Positions 1 through 9,052 of a stretch of 64,000 bases of DNA are shown here, piece after piece (position 1 is the first letter of the stretch; the number at the start of each line of letters is the position of its first letter). Origin of the DNA: Desulfuromonadales bacterium. Lineage in GTDB: Bacteria > Desulfobacterota > Desulfuromonadia > Desulfuromonadales > JAAYDE01. The stretch lies in contig CAXXJQ010000006.1 in NCBI GenBank assembly GCA_963665045.2, forward strand, positions 375,053 through 439,052, read 5' to 3'. The translations under genes were made by a program, and so were the position numbers. The notes under the pieces are model-generated. The model was not told the DNA's origin and made no database searches. It saw only the letters and a program-made list of their open reading frames with translations.

Positions 1-948
1 AACGGGTGGCGCCATGACATCCATTCTTACCCCAGCCCCGACGGTGCGGGGGTCCTGCGCTTTTATCAAGAGCGCTTCGGTCTGGCGCCGGACAGCGTGG
101 TGGCGGGCAACGGCTCCACGGAGCTGATCTATCTCGCCCCCCGCGCCCTCGGCCTGAAAACGGCGGCAGTTGCGGCCCCTTCCTTTCACGACTACAGCCG
201 CTCGATAGTGTTGAATGGCGGCCGGATTCTCGAATTTCCCGACCTTGAAAACAATGACGAAGGGTGGGAGAAAAAGGCCAAGAAAATACTGCCCCAGGTC
301 GATGCGCTCTTTATCGGGAATCCCAACAACCCGACGGGGCAGCTCATCTCCGCAGAGGGAATCCTGGCAATGGCCGAACGCTTCCCGGACAAATTTTTTC
401 TCGTCGACGAGGCTTTCATCCAGTTCGTGGAAAACAGCTGCCGCTATTCCCTGCTTCACCCGGACAGATTGCGCAGTAACATCGTCGTCTTCCATTCCCT
501 GACCAAGTTCTACGCCCTCGCGGGCTTGCGCCTTGGCGCCGCAATCAGCCATCCCGAGACCAGCGCCAGGCTCCGCAAACACAAAGAGCCCTGGAGTGTC
601 AGCCTGCCCGCTGAACGAAGCGCCGAGGTACTTGCGACCTGCGAAACATATGAGGGGAAAACCTGCACACTGATTAATAAAGAACGGCAGGCCATGGCGA
701 AATTTGCCCGCCAGTCACCCCTTATGGAGGCCCTCCCTCCCACGGCCAATTTTATCCTCGCCCGCTGGACCGCCACCGCCGATCTCGACGACCTCCTGCG
801 CGCCTTGCTGACCCGCGGCCTCTACATTCGGGACGCCCGCAATTTCTCCGGCCTTACGGGCAAATGGTTCCGCTTCGCCATTCTTGGTGAAAAGGAGAAT
901 GAGTTACTGCGGCGGGCTTTTCTTCAGCTCGAAAAGGAGGTGTGCTGA
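1..948 (+). CDS. cobD: L-threonine-O-3-phosphate decarboxylase (CobD-type class I/II PLP aminotransferase fold); 5' end outside window
   Basis: Frame 1 is open from base 1, so the track ORF 97..948 starts at an internal Met. Aminotransferase motifs NPNNPTG and SLTKFYALAGLRLG (PLP lysine) are present. The stop lies next to the RBS and start of cbiB. A histidinol-phosphate aminotransferase paralogue cannot be excluded by eye. Confidence 0.7.
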   Translation, partial: NGWRHDIHSYPSPDGAGVLRFYQERFGLAPDSVVAGNGSTELIYLAPRALGLKTAAVAAPSFHDYSRSIVLNGGRILEFPDLENNDEGWEKKAKKILPQVDALFIGNPNNPTGQLISAEGILAMAERFPDKFFLVDEAFIQFVENSCRYSLLHPDRLRSNIVVFHSLTKFYALAGLRLGAAISHPETSARLRKHKEPWSVSLPAERSAEVLATCETYEGKTCTLINKERQAMAKFARQSPLMEALPPTANFILARWTATADLDDLLRALLTRGLYIRDARNFSGLTGKWFRFAILGEKENELLRRAFLQLEKEVC

Positions 949-949
949 C

Positions 950-1951
950 GTGCTGGCCGCCACGCTTATACTCCTGACCGCCGTTCTCCTCGACGCCGCC
1001 ATCGGTGACCCGGCCTATCCCCTGCACCCGGTGCGCCTCATGGGGAAAACGATCAGCACCACGGAAGCCATTCTCAGGGGAATACGGCTGTCGGGATTTT
1101 TGGGCGGAGCCCTGCTGCTCACCTCCCTGCTGGCGCTTTTCGGTGGCGGGACCTATCTCCTCCTGACGGAAACTAACAAGACAAGCTGGGTACTCGAAGC
1201 GGTCTTCGCCGCTTTCCTGCTCTACTCCAGTATCGCTTTGACCGATATGTTCAACCATGCCTATCCTGTAGCCCAATCATTGCAGCAACAAGACCTGACC
1301 CTGGCACGTGAGGAAGTCCAGAAAATAGTCGCGCGCGATGCCAACCTCCTAAACGAGAAGGGCGTCGCGCGCGCCGCCGTCGAAAGCGTGGCTGAAGGTT
1401 TTGTCGACGGCTTTCTGTCGCCCCTCTTCTGGTTTTCGGGGGGCGCGGCCCTGACCGCCTTGACTGGCCTTGACCCCGTGGCGGGAGGCATCACAGCCGC
1501 CATCAGCTTCCGAGTTACCAACACTCTCGATTCCATGGTCGGCTACCGCAACGAACGCTATGAGCATTTCGGCACGGCTTCGGCACGCTTTGACGATATC
1601 CTGAATTTTCTACCGGCGCGCCTTGCCATCCCCATCCTGAGCATGGGGGCTTTTCTCACCGGCATGGACGCCGAAGCCTGTTGGCGGACAGGGCTACGTG
1701 ACCGCCTGAAACACGCCTCGCCCAACTCCGGCCATGCCGAAAGCTGTGTGGCCGGGGCTCTGGGCATCCGCCTTGGCGGCCCGACAACCTATCCGCACGG
1801 CATCGTCGACAAACCCTGGCTGGGGGATCAATCAGGAACTATCGACGCCGAAAGTATTGAGCGCTGCTGCAAACTGATCCGAGCCGGAGGTTGGATCAGC
1901 CTGTTGCTTTTTCTTGCCGCACTCCAAGCGGTCCACTTTGCAGGTTTCTGA
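950..1951 (+). CDS. cbiB: adenosylcobinamide-phosphate synthase CbiB (membrane protein)
   Basis: N-terminus LLDAAIGDPAYPLHPVRLMG and the hydrophobic profile are typical of CbiB/CobD. An in-frame GTG at 950 sits 9 nt after AAGGAGG (934-940). The track ORF start at 884 lies inside cobD. Confidence 0.85.
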   Translation: MLAATLILLTAVLLDAAIGDPAYPLHPVRLMGKTISTTEAILRGIRLSGFLGGALLLTSLLALFGGGTYLLLTETNKTSWVLEAVFAAFLLYSSIALTDMFNHAYPVAQSLQQQDLTLAREEVQKIVARDANLLNEKGVARAAVESVAEGFVDGFLSPLFWFSGGAALTALTGLDPVAGGITAAISFRVTNTLDSMVGYRNERYEHFGTASARFDDILNFLPARLAIPILSMGAFLTGMDAEACWRTGLRDRLKHASPNSGHAESCVAGALGIRLGGPTTYPHGIVDKPWLGDQSGTIDAESIERCCKLIRAGGWISLLLFLAALQAVHFAGF

Positions 1952-2008
1952 AATTGGGCTATTTTTTACGGAAGAAGTATTTTTACTTTTCGGCACAAGG
2001 ACTCATAT

Positions 2009-2142
2009 CGCCTATGGAAAGGGCAATTGCCGCCCGGATGGCGGCAATTAAGCCCCATGGATGGGTTTATGCGGCCCTTGGAATAGGCGATGCGGGGCAT
2101 TGTGCCCAGACGCTGGATATTTGCGAGTTCTATGCAAATTAA
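2009..2142 (+). repeat. intergenic repeat family B, copy 1 (between cbiB and cobO)
   Basis: Aligns by eye over about 125 nt with 34423-34546. Shared core: GCCGCCCGGATGGCGGCA..TAAGCCCCATGGATGG..CCCTTGGAAT.GGCG.TGC..GGCATTGTGCC. Track ORF 1891..2142 is probably a spurious translation of it. Confidence 0.8.
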
Positions 2143-2154
2143 TGAGAGGTTTTC

Positions 2155-2676
2155 ATGGAGAAAGGTTTCGTCCAGGTTTATACCGGCCCGGGGAAAGGCA
2201 AAACCACGGCCGCCACAGGCCTCATCGTCCGTGCTTTGGGGCAGGGTTTCAAAGTCCTGCTCGTCCGCTTTCTCAAGACCTGCAGCGACAGGTCGGGAGA
2301 GCTGATCTTTCTGAAAGATGTGCCGAATCTGGAGATCATCTCATCCGGTATCGGCATATTGAACGGCAAAGCCAAAACGGAAGAGGTCAAAAAAAGTGTT
2401 GAAGCAACCTTTGCCCTGGCCAAGGAAAAAATTTTTTCAGATGGACCTGATCTGGTCGTATTCGATGAGATAAACAATGTCCTGGCGAAAGAATTTTTAG
2501 CCCTGCAGGAGGTTCTGGAGTTGATCAACGCCAGGCCCGAAGGCGTGGAACTGGTCCTGACCGGCCGCAATGCCCCCGAAGAGATCATGGCCAGAGCCGA
2601 TCTGGTGACCCGCATGGAAAAAGTGAAGCATGTTTTTGATCAGGGTATTCCTGCCCGCCGGGGGATTGAATACTAA
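2155..2676 (+). CDS. cobO: cob(I)yrinic acid a,c-diamide adenosyltransferase
   Basis: GFVQVYTGPGKGKTTAATG P-loop and overall CobO/BtuR-like sequence, about 173 aa. Purine-rich GAGAGG lies upstream of the ATG. Confidence 0.9.
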   Translation: MEKGFVQVYTGPGKGKTTAATGLIVRALGQGFKVLLVRFLKTCSDRSGELIFLKDVPNLEIISSGIGILNGKAKTEEVKKSVEATFALAKEKIFSDGPDLVVFDEINNVLAKEFLALQEVLELINARPEGVELVLTGRNAPEEIMARADLVTRMEKVKHVFDQGIPARRGIEY

Positions 2677-2824
2677 AGAGTCAAAGCCCTCAAAGCTTTC
2701 CGAAAAGTGGCTGGTTTTTCCACGTTGTGACGCAACAGAGGGGATAAAAGTCTGTTCGCCAGCCTATCGTCATACCCCAAAGTCAGCATCTTTTTAAAAT
2801 CCCATTTAAAATTTTCCGGCAAAG

Positions 2825-4363
2825 TTACCGGGCGGAAATGCGCTCCTTGTTGGCCAGAGAAGAAGGCACGCTGTAGGGCAAGCCAAATTCTTTACAGAAG
2901 TTGTTGCTGGAAATCCTCGCTGATTCATAAATGGTCGGCAGGCCGCTGCCGGGATGGGTGCCACCGCCTACCAGCCAGCAGCGCTCAAATTCTTCGAAGC
3001 GGTTGCGCGGCCGAAACGACAGCAACTGGCCGAAATTGTGGGCCAGATTGAAGGTGGCACCTTCGAAGACCCGGTATTCCTCCTCCCAATCCGCCGGGGT
3101 GATGCGCTTCTCGAATTCGATATTTTCCCGCAGGCCGGCATAACCGCCGCGCCGTTCGGCAGTCTCCAGCACCAAGTCCCTGAAGGAATCACCCTCCTCA
3201 TGCCAATCAATGCTGCTCCGGTTGTTGGGGACCGGAACGAGGATGTAGATGGTCGATTTGCCCTCGGGTGCCAGACTGTCATCCGTCACCGAAGCATTCT
3301 GAACGTAAATGGAGGGGTCTGCCGACAACGTCAGACTCTCAGCCACTTCATGGATGTTCTTGCGATAGTCCTCGGAGAAGAGGATGCTGTGGTGGGGGAT
3401 ATCCGCATAGCTGCGATTGACACCCAGGTAAAGCATGAACGTTGAGCAGGAAAGTTTCATGCGCTTGAGTCTGGCCGAGGTATACTTGCGCAGTTCGGCC
3501 GAATCTACCAGATGCCCCATGGCGTGACCGAAATCGGCATTGAGAAATACCGCATCGGCTTGGACCCGCTCGCCGTTTTCCAATTCCACCCCGGTTACTG
3601 TACGCCCCTCAACTAGCAGGCGTTTAACCGGCGTCTCAAGATGGATTTCGCCTCCCTCCTCTTTTACGACCCTTGCCATGGCTGCGGATATCTGGTTGAG
3701 ACCCCCACGGACATGGAGAATTCCAGAGTCGTACTCTACGAAAGGCAATATGGTAAAAAGAGCAGGACATTTCCACGGAGACATGCCCAGGTACTTGGCC
3801 TGAAAGGTAAAGCAGAGCTTCAATTTATCTGGACCATAATAACGGCCAAGGTTTTCAAATATGGTCCGTCCCAATCCCAGGTAAGGTGCCGCCTTGAGAA
3901 ATATGGGATCCAGGTAGGCCTTCAGGCTGGCATAATCCTTCTGAAGACAGGGGAAAAGACGCTCGAAACGTTCTCCCTCGGTAGCCATGAAACGATCAAA
4001 ACCATCCTCGTTGCCGGGGAAAATACGTGCTATTTCCAAACGGGTTTTTTCACGATACGGAGAGGGGCGGAACTCGAGATCATCGAACTTGAGCCGGTAG
4101 AGGGGATCCAGCCGGGTAAACTCGAGGTAATCCTCAATCTTGCGTCCGGTTTCCAGAAACATTTCCTTGAGAATATAACTCATCATTAGAAACGTCGGCC
4201 CGGTATCAAAGGTATAGCCGTCAGAGACTATCCTGGCATTGCGCCCACCGACCTCTTTAGCCCGCTCAAAAACGCTCACCCGGCAGCCCCGGTGAGCCAG
4301 CAGCATGGCGCTGGTCAATCCGCCCGGCCCGGCTCCGACAATCACGACGTGTTTTTGGGTCAA
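2825..4363 (-). CDS. phytoene-desaturase-family FAD oxidoreductase (CrtN/CrtI-like)
   Basis: N-terminal dinucleotide fold VVIVGAGPGGLTSA..FERAKEVGGR. C-terminal CrtI/CrtN-like block IYVQNASVTDDSLAPEGKSTIYILVPVP...GGGTHPGSGLP. Length 512 aa. Confidence 0.85.
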   Translation of the reverse strand: MTQKHVVIVGAGPGGLTSAMLLAHRGCRVSVFERAKEVGGRNARIVSDGYTFDTGPTFLMMSYILKEMFLETGRKIEDYLEFTRLDPLYRLKFDDLEFRPSPYREKTRLEIARIFPGNEDGFDRFMATEGERFERLFPCLQKDYASLKAYLDPIFLKAAPYLGLGRTIFENLGRYYGPDKLKLCFTFQAKYLGMSPWKCPALFTILPFVEYDSGILHVRGGLNQISAAMARVVKEEGGEIHLETPVKRLLVEGRTVTGVELENGERVQADAVFLNADFGHAMGHLVDSAELRKYTSARLKRMKLSCSTFMLYLGVNRSYADIPHHSILFSEDYRKNIHEVAESLTLSADPSIYVQNASVTDDSLAPEGKSTIYILVPVPNNRSSIDWHEEGDSFRDLVLETAERRGGYAGLRENIEFEKRITPADWEEEYRVFEGATFNLAHNFGQLLSFRPRNRFEEFERCWLVGGGTHPGSGLPTIYESARISSNNFCKEFGLPYSVPSSLANKERISAR

Positions 4364-4372
4364 TTCAGCCTC

Positions 4373-5866
4373 CTAACAGTTTTCCGTTTGTATTATACGG
4401 TCAGCAACCTGCAGTCCGGAGAGCAACGCCATAGGCATGCCGCCACCGGGATTGACGCTTCCTCCGACGAAATAGAGATTATCGAAACGATCACTTTTTT
4501 TGGGAGCCTTGAAACCCTGGTTTTTCCAACGATGGGAGACTACCCCATAAATCGCCCCACGGTTGGAAAAGTAAAGACGTTCAATGTCTTCAGGAACCCA
4601 CATATGCTCGACAATAATGTGACTACGCAAATTTTCAAGCCCCATGCGCTCGAGCTTGTCAAGAACACGCTCCTTGAGATTCCAATAATCTTTCCGGGTG
4701 AAGGGAGGCTCCTGAACATAGGGGATGTGCGGAAGAATCTTGAGGTTTTCACAACCTTGCGGTGCCTGGCTCGCATCACTGCGCGCGGGTGCGACAAGAT
4801 AGATAGTGGGATCTTCCGGAAGCCGTTTCTCACGAAAAACCGTATTGAAATGGGCACGGGGATTTTGGGAGAAAAAGAAGTTGTGGTGGGCCAGATGCCG
4901 GTATTCACGGTCAATCCCCAAGTGCAGAACCAGCCCCGAGCACGCCGGTTCGAACCTTTTGAAGCGGCGCAACTGATTTTCGGATTCACCGAGCAACCCG
5001 CGGTGGGCGGGTATAACCTCCATATTGGAGACAACCATATCCGCCGGGAACTCACTGCCATCATTCAGGCGCAGCCCCCGAACCTGCAAACCCTCATGGA
5101 GGATGTCCGTCACTTCGACCCCCAGGTGAATATGTACGCCGAGGTCTTCCATCATACGGTGCAGGCCACGGGCTAATTCGAAAAGCCCGCCGTCAACATA
5201 GAGAAGCCCGAACTCCGACTGGACAAAAGGCAGCAGATTAAGAACCGCCGGGGCATCGAAAGCCGATGAGCCAACGTATTTCACGAAAAAATCCAGGATA
5301 GCGCGCAGCTTGGGATGATGTACGTGACGGCCGACACCGGCATCCATGGAAGAAAACAGGTCAAAACCTGTTAAAGAGTTCCAGATGCCATGGTGACGGA
5401 CCATCTCCCGAACCGTATCCAACCCCAGATCGAAATAGGAATGCCGGCATTTTTCATACAAGTTCCTGGAGTAGGCCAAAAAATTCTCAAGATCACATCG
5501 GTCTTTTTCGTCAAGGAGAGTATTGTTTTCCACTGTCTCAGCCGGGGTGGCATACAAATCGATGTGACTGCCATCCTCGAAAAAATTGCGCCAATGTGGG
5601 GAGAGGTGCCTGATCGATACATAATCGGAGAATTTCCGCCCGCCCTTGGCAAAAAGCTTTTCAAACACCTGGGGCATGGTCAGAATCGAAGGCCCGAGAT
5701 CAAAGGAGAAACCCTCCCGTTGAAAAATATTGAGTTTTCCGCCGACGTGCTCGTTCTTTTCAAAGACATGAACACACCGGCCTGCTGCGGCCAGGGAGGC
5801 CGCCGCGCCGAGGCCGCCCAGCCCGGCACCGATAACAGCTACTGTCCGATCAGATGAATCACTCAT
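4373..5866 (-). CDS. phytoene-desaturase-family FAD oxidoreductase (CrtP/CrtNb- or CrtD-like)
   Basis: VAVIGAGLGGLGAA..FEKNEHVGGK dinucleotide fold. Also has ..GAIYGVVSH.. and FVGGSVNPGGGMPMA near the C-terminus. The ATG overlaps the stop of the upstream aldehyde dehydrogenase (ATGA). Confidence 0.8.
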   Translation of the reverse strand: MSDSSDRTVAVIGAGLGGLGAAASLAAAGRCVHVFEKNEHVGGKLNIFQREGFSFDLGPSILTMPQVFEKLFAKGGRKFSDYVSIRHLSPHWRNFFEDGSHIDLYATPAETVENNTLLDEKDRCDLENFLAYSRNLYEKCRHSYFDLGLDTVREMVRHHGIWNSLTGFDLFSSMDAGVGRHVHHPKLRAILDFFVKYVGSSAFDAPAVLNLLPFVQSEFGLLYVDGGLFELARGLHRMMEDLGVHIHLGVEVTDILHEGLQVRGLRLNDGSEFPADMVVSNMEVIPAHRGLLGESENQLRRFKRFEPACSGLVLHLGIDREYRHLAHHNFFFSQNPRAHFNTVFREKRLPEDPTIYLVAPARSDASQAPQGCENLKILPHIPYVQEPPFTRKDYWNLKERVLDKLERMGLENLRSHIIVEHMWVPEDIERLYFSNRGAIYGVVSHRWKNQGFKAPKKSDRFDNLYFVGGSVNPGGGMPMALLSGLQVADRIIQTENC

Positions 5867-7392
5867 CTTTGCAGCCTTTCAATTTTTTCCAAAGCGGAGG
5901 ACACACGGCGCAACCGCGCCGCCCGCCTGGAAGCCAGGGTGAACCAACCCCTGATTTTTTGCCCAATGCCGAATTTCTGCCCATAGCGCAAACGAATCAA
6001 ATCCTCCGTGATTTCCGTTAGTTCATTGTCATAAGGAAACAAGTTGAGACCTCCGGAACCAACCCGGCGTTGATCCAATATGGCCTTGGGACAGGTGAAG
6101 GACAGCAGCCCTTCCGGGCCGTGATAACGCCCGAAACCGCTTTGTTTGACACCGCCGAAAGGCAAAGCCGGATGGCCGGCATTGACCAGCACGTTGTTGA
6201 TGCAGACACAGCCGGTTTCCAGGTGCTGGGCGACACGCCTGGCACGCGCACTGTCCCGGGTCCAGATACTGGCGTTGAGACCAAAGTCACAATCATTGGC
6301 CAAACGCAAAACCTCGGCCTCGTCGGCAAACGAGGCCGCCGCCAGCACTGGGCCGAAACTTTCTTTTCGCATCAGCAAAGCGTCGGGTGGCACATCGGCG
6401 ACCACAGCAGGAAAGAGGGCTTTGTCATTTTCGGCGACAGTAAGGAGACGAGCACCGCGTTCCAGGGCATCTGCAATCTGACCATGGATGCGTTCAGCCG
6501 TTTTGGCATCAAGGGTTGCGGCCAGGTCGGCCCCATTTTCTGCCGACCTGCGCAAAACCGCAACATGCGCAACCACCCTCGATAAAAACGGCTCAACGAT
6601 ATTCTCCGCAACGTAAACCCGTTCAACGGACACACAGTGCTGACCATCGTGGGCGAAAGCCCCGTAAACCGCAGCCTTTGCCGCCCTGTCCAGATCGGCA
6701 TCGGCGAACACGATCATGGCATCCTTGCCCCCCAGTTCCATGATGGCGGGAATCATTTTTTCAGCGGCCAGCCGGTAAACGGCTTTGCCCCCGTGAAGAC
6801 CCCCGGTAAAAAAAATGATATCCGGGCCCGCATTAACCAGTTCCGCGACGGTCTCCGGCCCACCGTCAACAATCTCTACCAGGGAGGCTGGAAAATTCAC
6901 GGCAGCAAACAACTCGCGCAGGATTGAGGCAACCCCGGGGGTCTTTTCAGAGGGCTTGATAATCACGGCGTTGCCCGCTAAAAGGGCGGTTGCCGCCGGC
7001 AATAGCGTGAGCTGAAACGGGTTGTTCCAGGGCGCAACAATCAGAACAACTCCATAAGGTTTGTGGATAACATGGGCGCACGTACCCGGGAAAAGCAGAG
7101 AACCAGCACGTTTTTCAGGGCAAAGTAATCGTCCGGCGTTCTTTTCGTTAAAACGAAGAATTTCAAGGGTGGGCAGAATATCGGTGAGCAAGGCCTCGGT
7201 CCGAACCTTGCCGGCATCTTGTTGAACAGCGGCAATAATCTCCTCCAATCGCCCAACAATCTCATGCCGAAGCCGCTTGAGTTTTTTGATGCGAATATCA
7301 AGGGGGCTTGATGACCACTCGGCGAAGGCCTGCCGGACCTTAATCCAATTTTCAGAGCTTTGGAGTAAACCTTTATTCAACGTCATATCCAC
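5863..7392 (-). CDS. aldehyde dehydrogenase family protein
   Basis: ALDH-family blocks FTGG..GK, ELGGKD and the catalytic-Cys region HDGQHCVSVERVYV. 509 aa. First gene of a three-gene minus-strand operon. Confidence 0.85.
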   Translation of the reverse strand: MDMTLNKGLLQSSENWIKVRQAFAEWSSSPLDIRIKKLKRLRHEIVGRLEEIIAAVQQDAGKVRTEALLTDILPTLEILRFNEKNAGRLLCPEKRAGSLLFPGTCAHVIHKPYGVVLIVAPWNNPFQLTLLPAATALLAGNAVIIKPSEKTPGVASILRELFAAVNFPASLVEIVDGGPETVAELVNAGPDIIFFTGGLHGGKAVYRLAAEKMIPAIMELGGKDAMIVFADADLDRAAKAAVYGAFAHDGQHCVSVERVYVAENIVEPFLSRVVAHVAVLRRSAENGADLAATLDAKTAERIHGQIADALERGARLLTVAENDKALFPAVVADVPPDALLMRKESFGPVLAAASFADEAEVLRLANDCDFGLNASIWTRDSARARRVAQHLETGCVCINNVLVNAGHPALPFGGVKQSGFGRYHGPEGLLSFTCPKAILDQRRVGSGGLNLFPYDNELTEITEDLIRLRYGQKFGIGQKIRGWFTLASRRAARLRRVSSALEKIERLQR

Positions 7393-7689
7393 AGCAACAA
7401 CACTTTTTTGGATTTATTATCTAACGGGCTGCCGTTGTTCTGTAGATTTTACCTGTCTTTTTGCCCTCTTCAAGAACGGGGGGCTCAAGTATCTTAATGA
7501 GAGGTTGATTCTGAACAGCTCAACCTCAAACAATGCTTGACAGAAAACCATGATGAAATGTCGTTAACTTTAAAGGGTACAATCTTCTTTCCAAAAAGAG
7601 CAAAACTAGGTCTTGACCTTAGAAACCAGTCATTTATCATCAGCACTGAATTTTTGCATTGATGACTATCAGAGTTTAACATTCCAACC

Positions 7690-8394
7690 ATGACTGACCA
7701 CCTTAATAAAAAAGAGGTCTTACGCCAGGGGGCGGGCGCCGCCTGGCCCATCTGCCTCGGCTACCTGCCCATCGGCCTGGCCTTCGGGGTGCTGGCCCAG
7801 AAAGTCGGCCTGCCCTGGTGGGCGGTGGCCATGATGTCGGTCATGGTCTTTGCCGGCAGCGCCCAGTTCATCTGCGTCGCCATGCTCGGCGCCGGTGCAT
7901 CGGCAGCAGCCATCATCCTCACGACCTTCGTGGTCAACCTGCGCCACGTCCTCATGAGCTCAGTCCTGGCGGTCTATCTGCGCGGTGTCAACCGTGCCTT
8001 TCTGGCCCTTTATTCTTATGGTGTCACCGACGAAAGCTTTGCCGTCAACCTGACCCGTTTTCGAGATGGGGCATGGGATCGCTGGCGAGCCCTGACCGTC
8101 AACCACCTTGCAAATGCAACCTGGTTCGCGGCCACCGTCTGCGGAGCCCTGGTCGGCCAGTTCGTGCCCCAGGGGGCCCTGGGTATCGACTACGCCCTGA
8201 CCGGCATGTTCATCTGCCTGCTGGTGTTCCAACTGCAGGGTCGGGTTCACATCCTGACCGCTTTTCTGGCAATTGCCATTTCCATCGCCTGGTATCTGCT
8301 GATTCCCGGCGATTCCTACATTGTCGGCGCTTCCATGTGCGCTGCAACCCTCGGCTATATGATAAAACGACATACCCGGAGGTCCAAAGCATGA
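7690..8394 (+). CDS. azlC: AzlC-family branched-chain amino acid exporter subunit
   Basis: GLAFGVLAQKVGLPWWAVAMMSVMVFAGSAQF and a polytopic profile. Followed by an overlapping azlD. Confidence 0.85.
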   Translation: MTDHLNKKEVLRQGAGAAWPICLGYLPIGLAFGVLAQKVGLPWWAVAMMSVMVFAGSAQFICVAMLGAGASAAAIILTTFVVNLRHVLMSSVLAVYLRGVNRAFLALYSYGVTDESFAVNLTRFRDGAWDRWRALTVNHLANATWFAATVCGALVGQFVPQGALGIDYALTGMFICLLVFQLQGRVHILTAFLAIAISIAWYLLIPGDSYIVGASMCAATLGYMIKRHTRRSKA

Positions 8395-8714
8395 CCTTCC
8401 CGGATTATCTCGTCCTTTTCGGCGGCATGGGCCTGGTCACTTACCTGCCCCGCGCCCTGCCCCTCCTCTACCTCGCCCACCGCAAAATGCCGCAGTGGCT
8501 TATCGACTGGCTCGACCTCATCCCCGTGGCCATCCTAAGCGCCCTCCTCGCCCCGACGCTGCTGGCCGACACAGCTGCACGCACGTTCCAGTTCGGCAAA
8601 CTTGAACTGCTGGTGGCCATTCCGACCCTGCTGTTTGCGCTGAAAACCCGCAGCCTCGGCGGGACGGTTCTTGTGGGGATGCTGCTTTACTGGCTGGGGG
8701 GAATTGTTTGTTAA
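8391..8714 (+). CDS. azlD: AzlD-family branched-chain amino acid transport protein
   Basis: The ATG at 8391 overlaps the azlC stop (ATGA). MTFPDYLVLFGGMGLVTYLPRALPLL is typical of AzlD. The long track ORF 7818..8714 is the same frame read through azlC. Confidence 0.8.
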   Translation: MTFPDYLVLFGGMGLVTYLPRALPLLYLAHRKMPQWLIDWLDLIPVAILSALLAPTLLADTAARTFQFGKLELLVAIPTLLFALKTRSLGGTVLVGMLLYWLGGIVC

Positions 8715-9052
8715 GTCAAAGATAATTTGACCTGGTCTTTCAATCCTTCAAGCCAGACCCTTAAATCTCGTTCGGGTTGTCAGCTTCAAGGGCAGCCTCC
8801 AGGCTTTGCGTAACAAGGAGCCTCGTTTAAACCAGGCGAAGATCAGCAAGGCAAAGCGCTTCAGACTGATCAGCAACTTGTACGAGGCGAAGTGAGTATC
8901 GATGAAGCAAGTGACGGCCAAAGAATTACCAATTGATGTCCGCGCCAAGACATGAAATGAAGGAGGTTCCCCACCGGGACAGACATCCTGCTGCGACACC
9001 TTGAACTAGCGCCATTCATGCCTGCCCCCTCTTGCTGAGATTTGATATTAAG

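Noticed and set aside
8748-8999. An 83-aa minus-strand ORF in the 340-nt gap after azlD. I first wondered whether it was a transposase or IS remnant.
   Set aside because: I recognise no transposase motif (no DDE block), there is no RBS, and I saw no inverted repeats at the gap edges. A BLASTX search would be needed to revive the idea.
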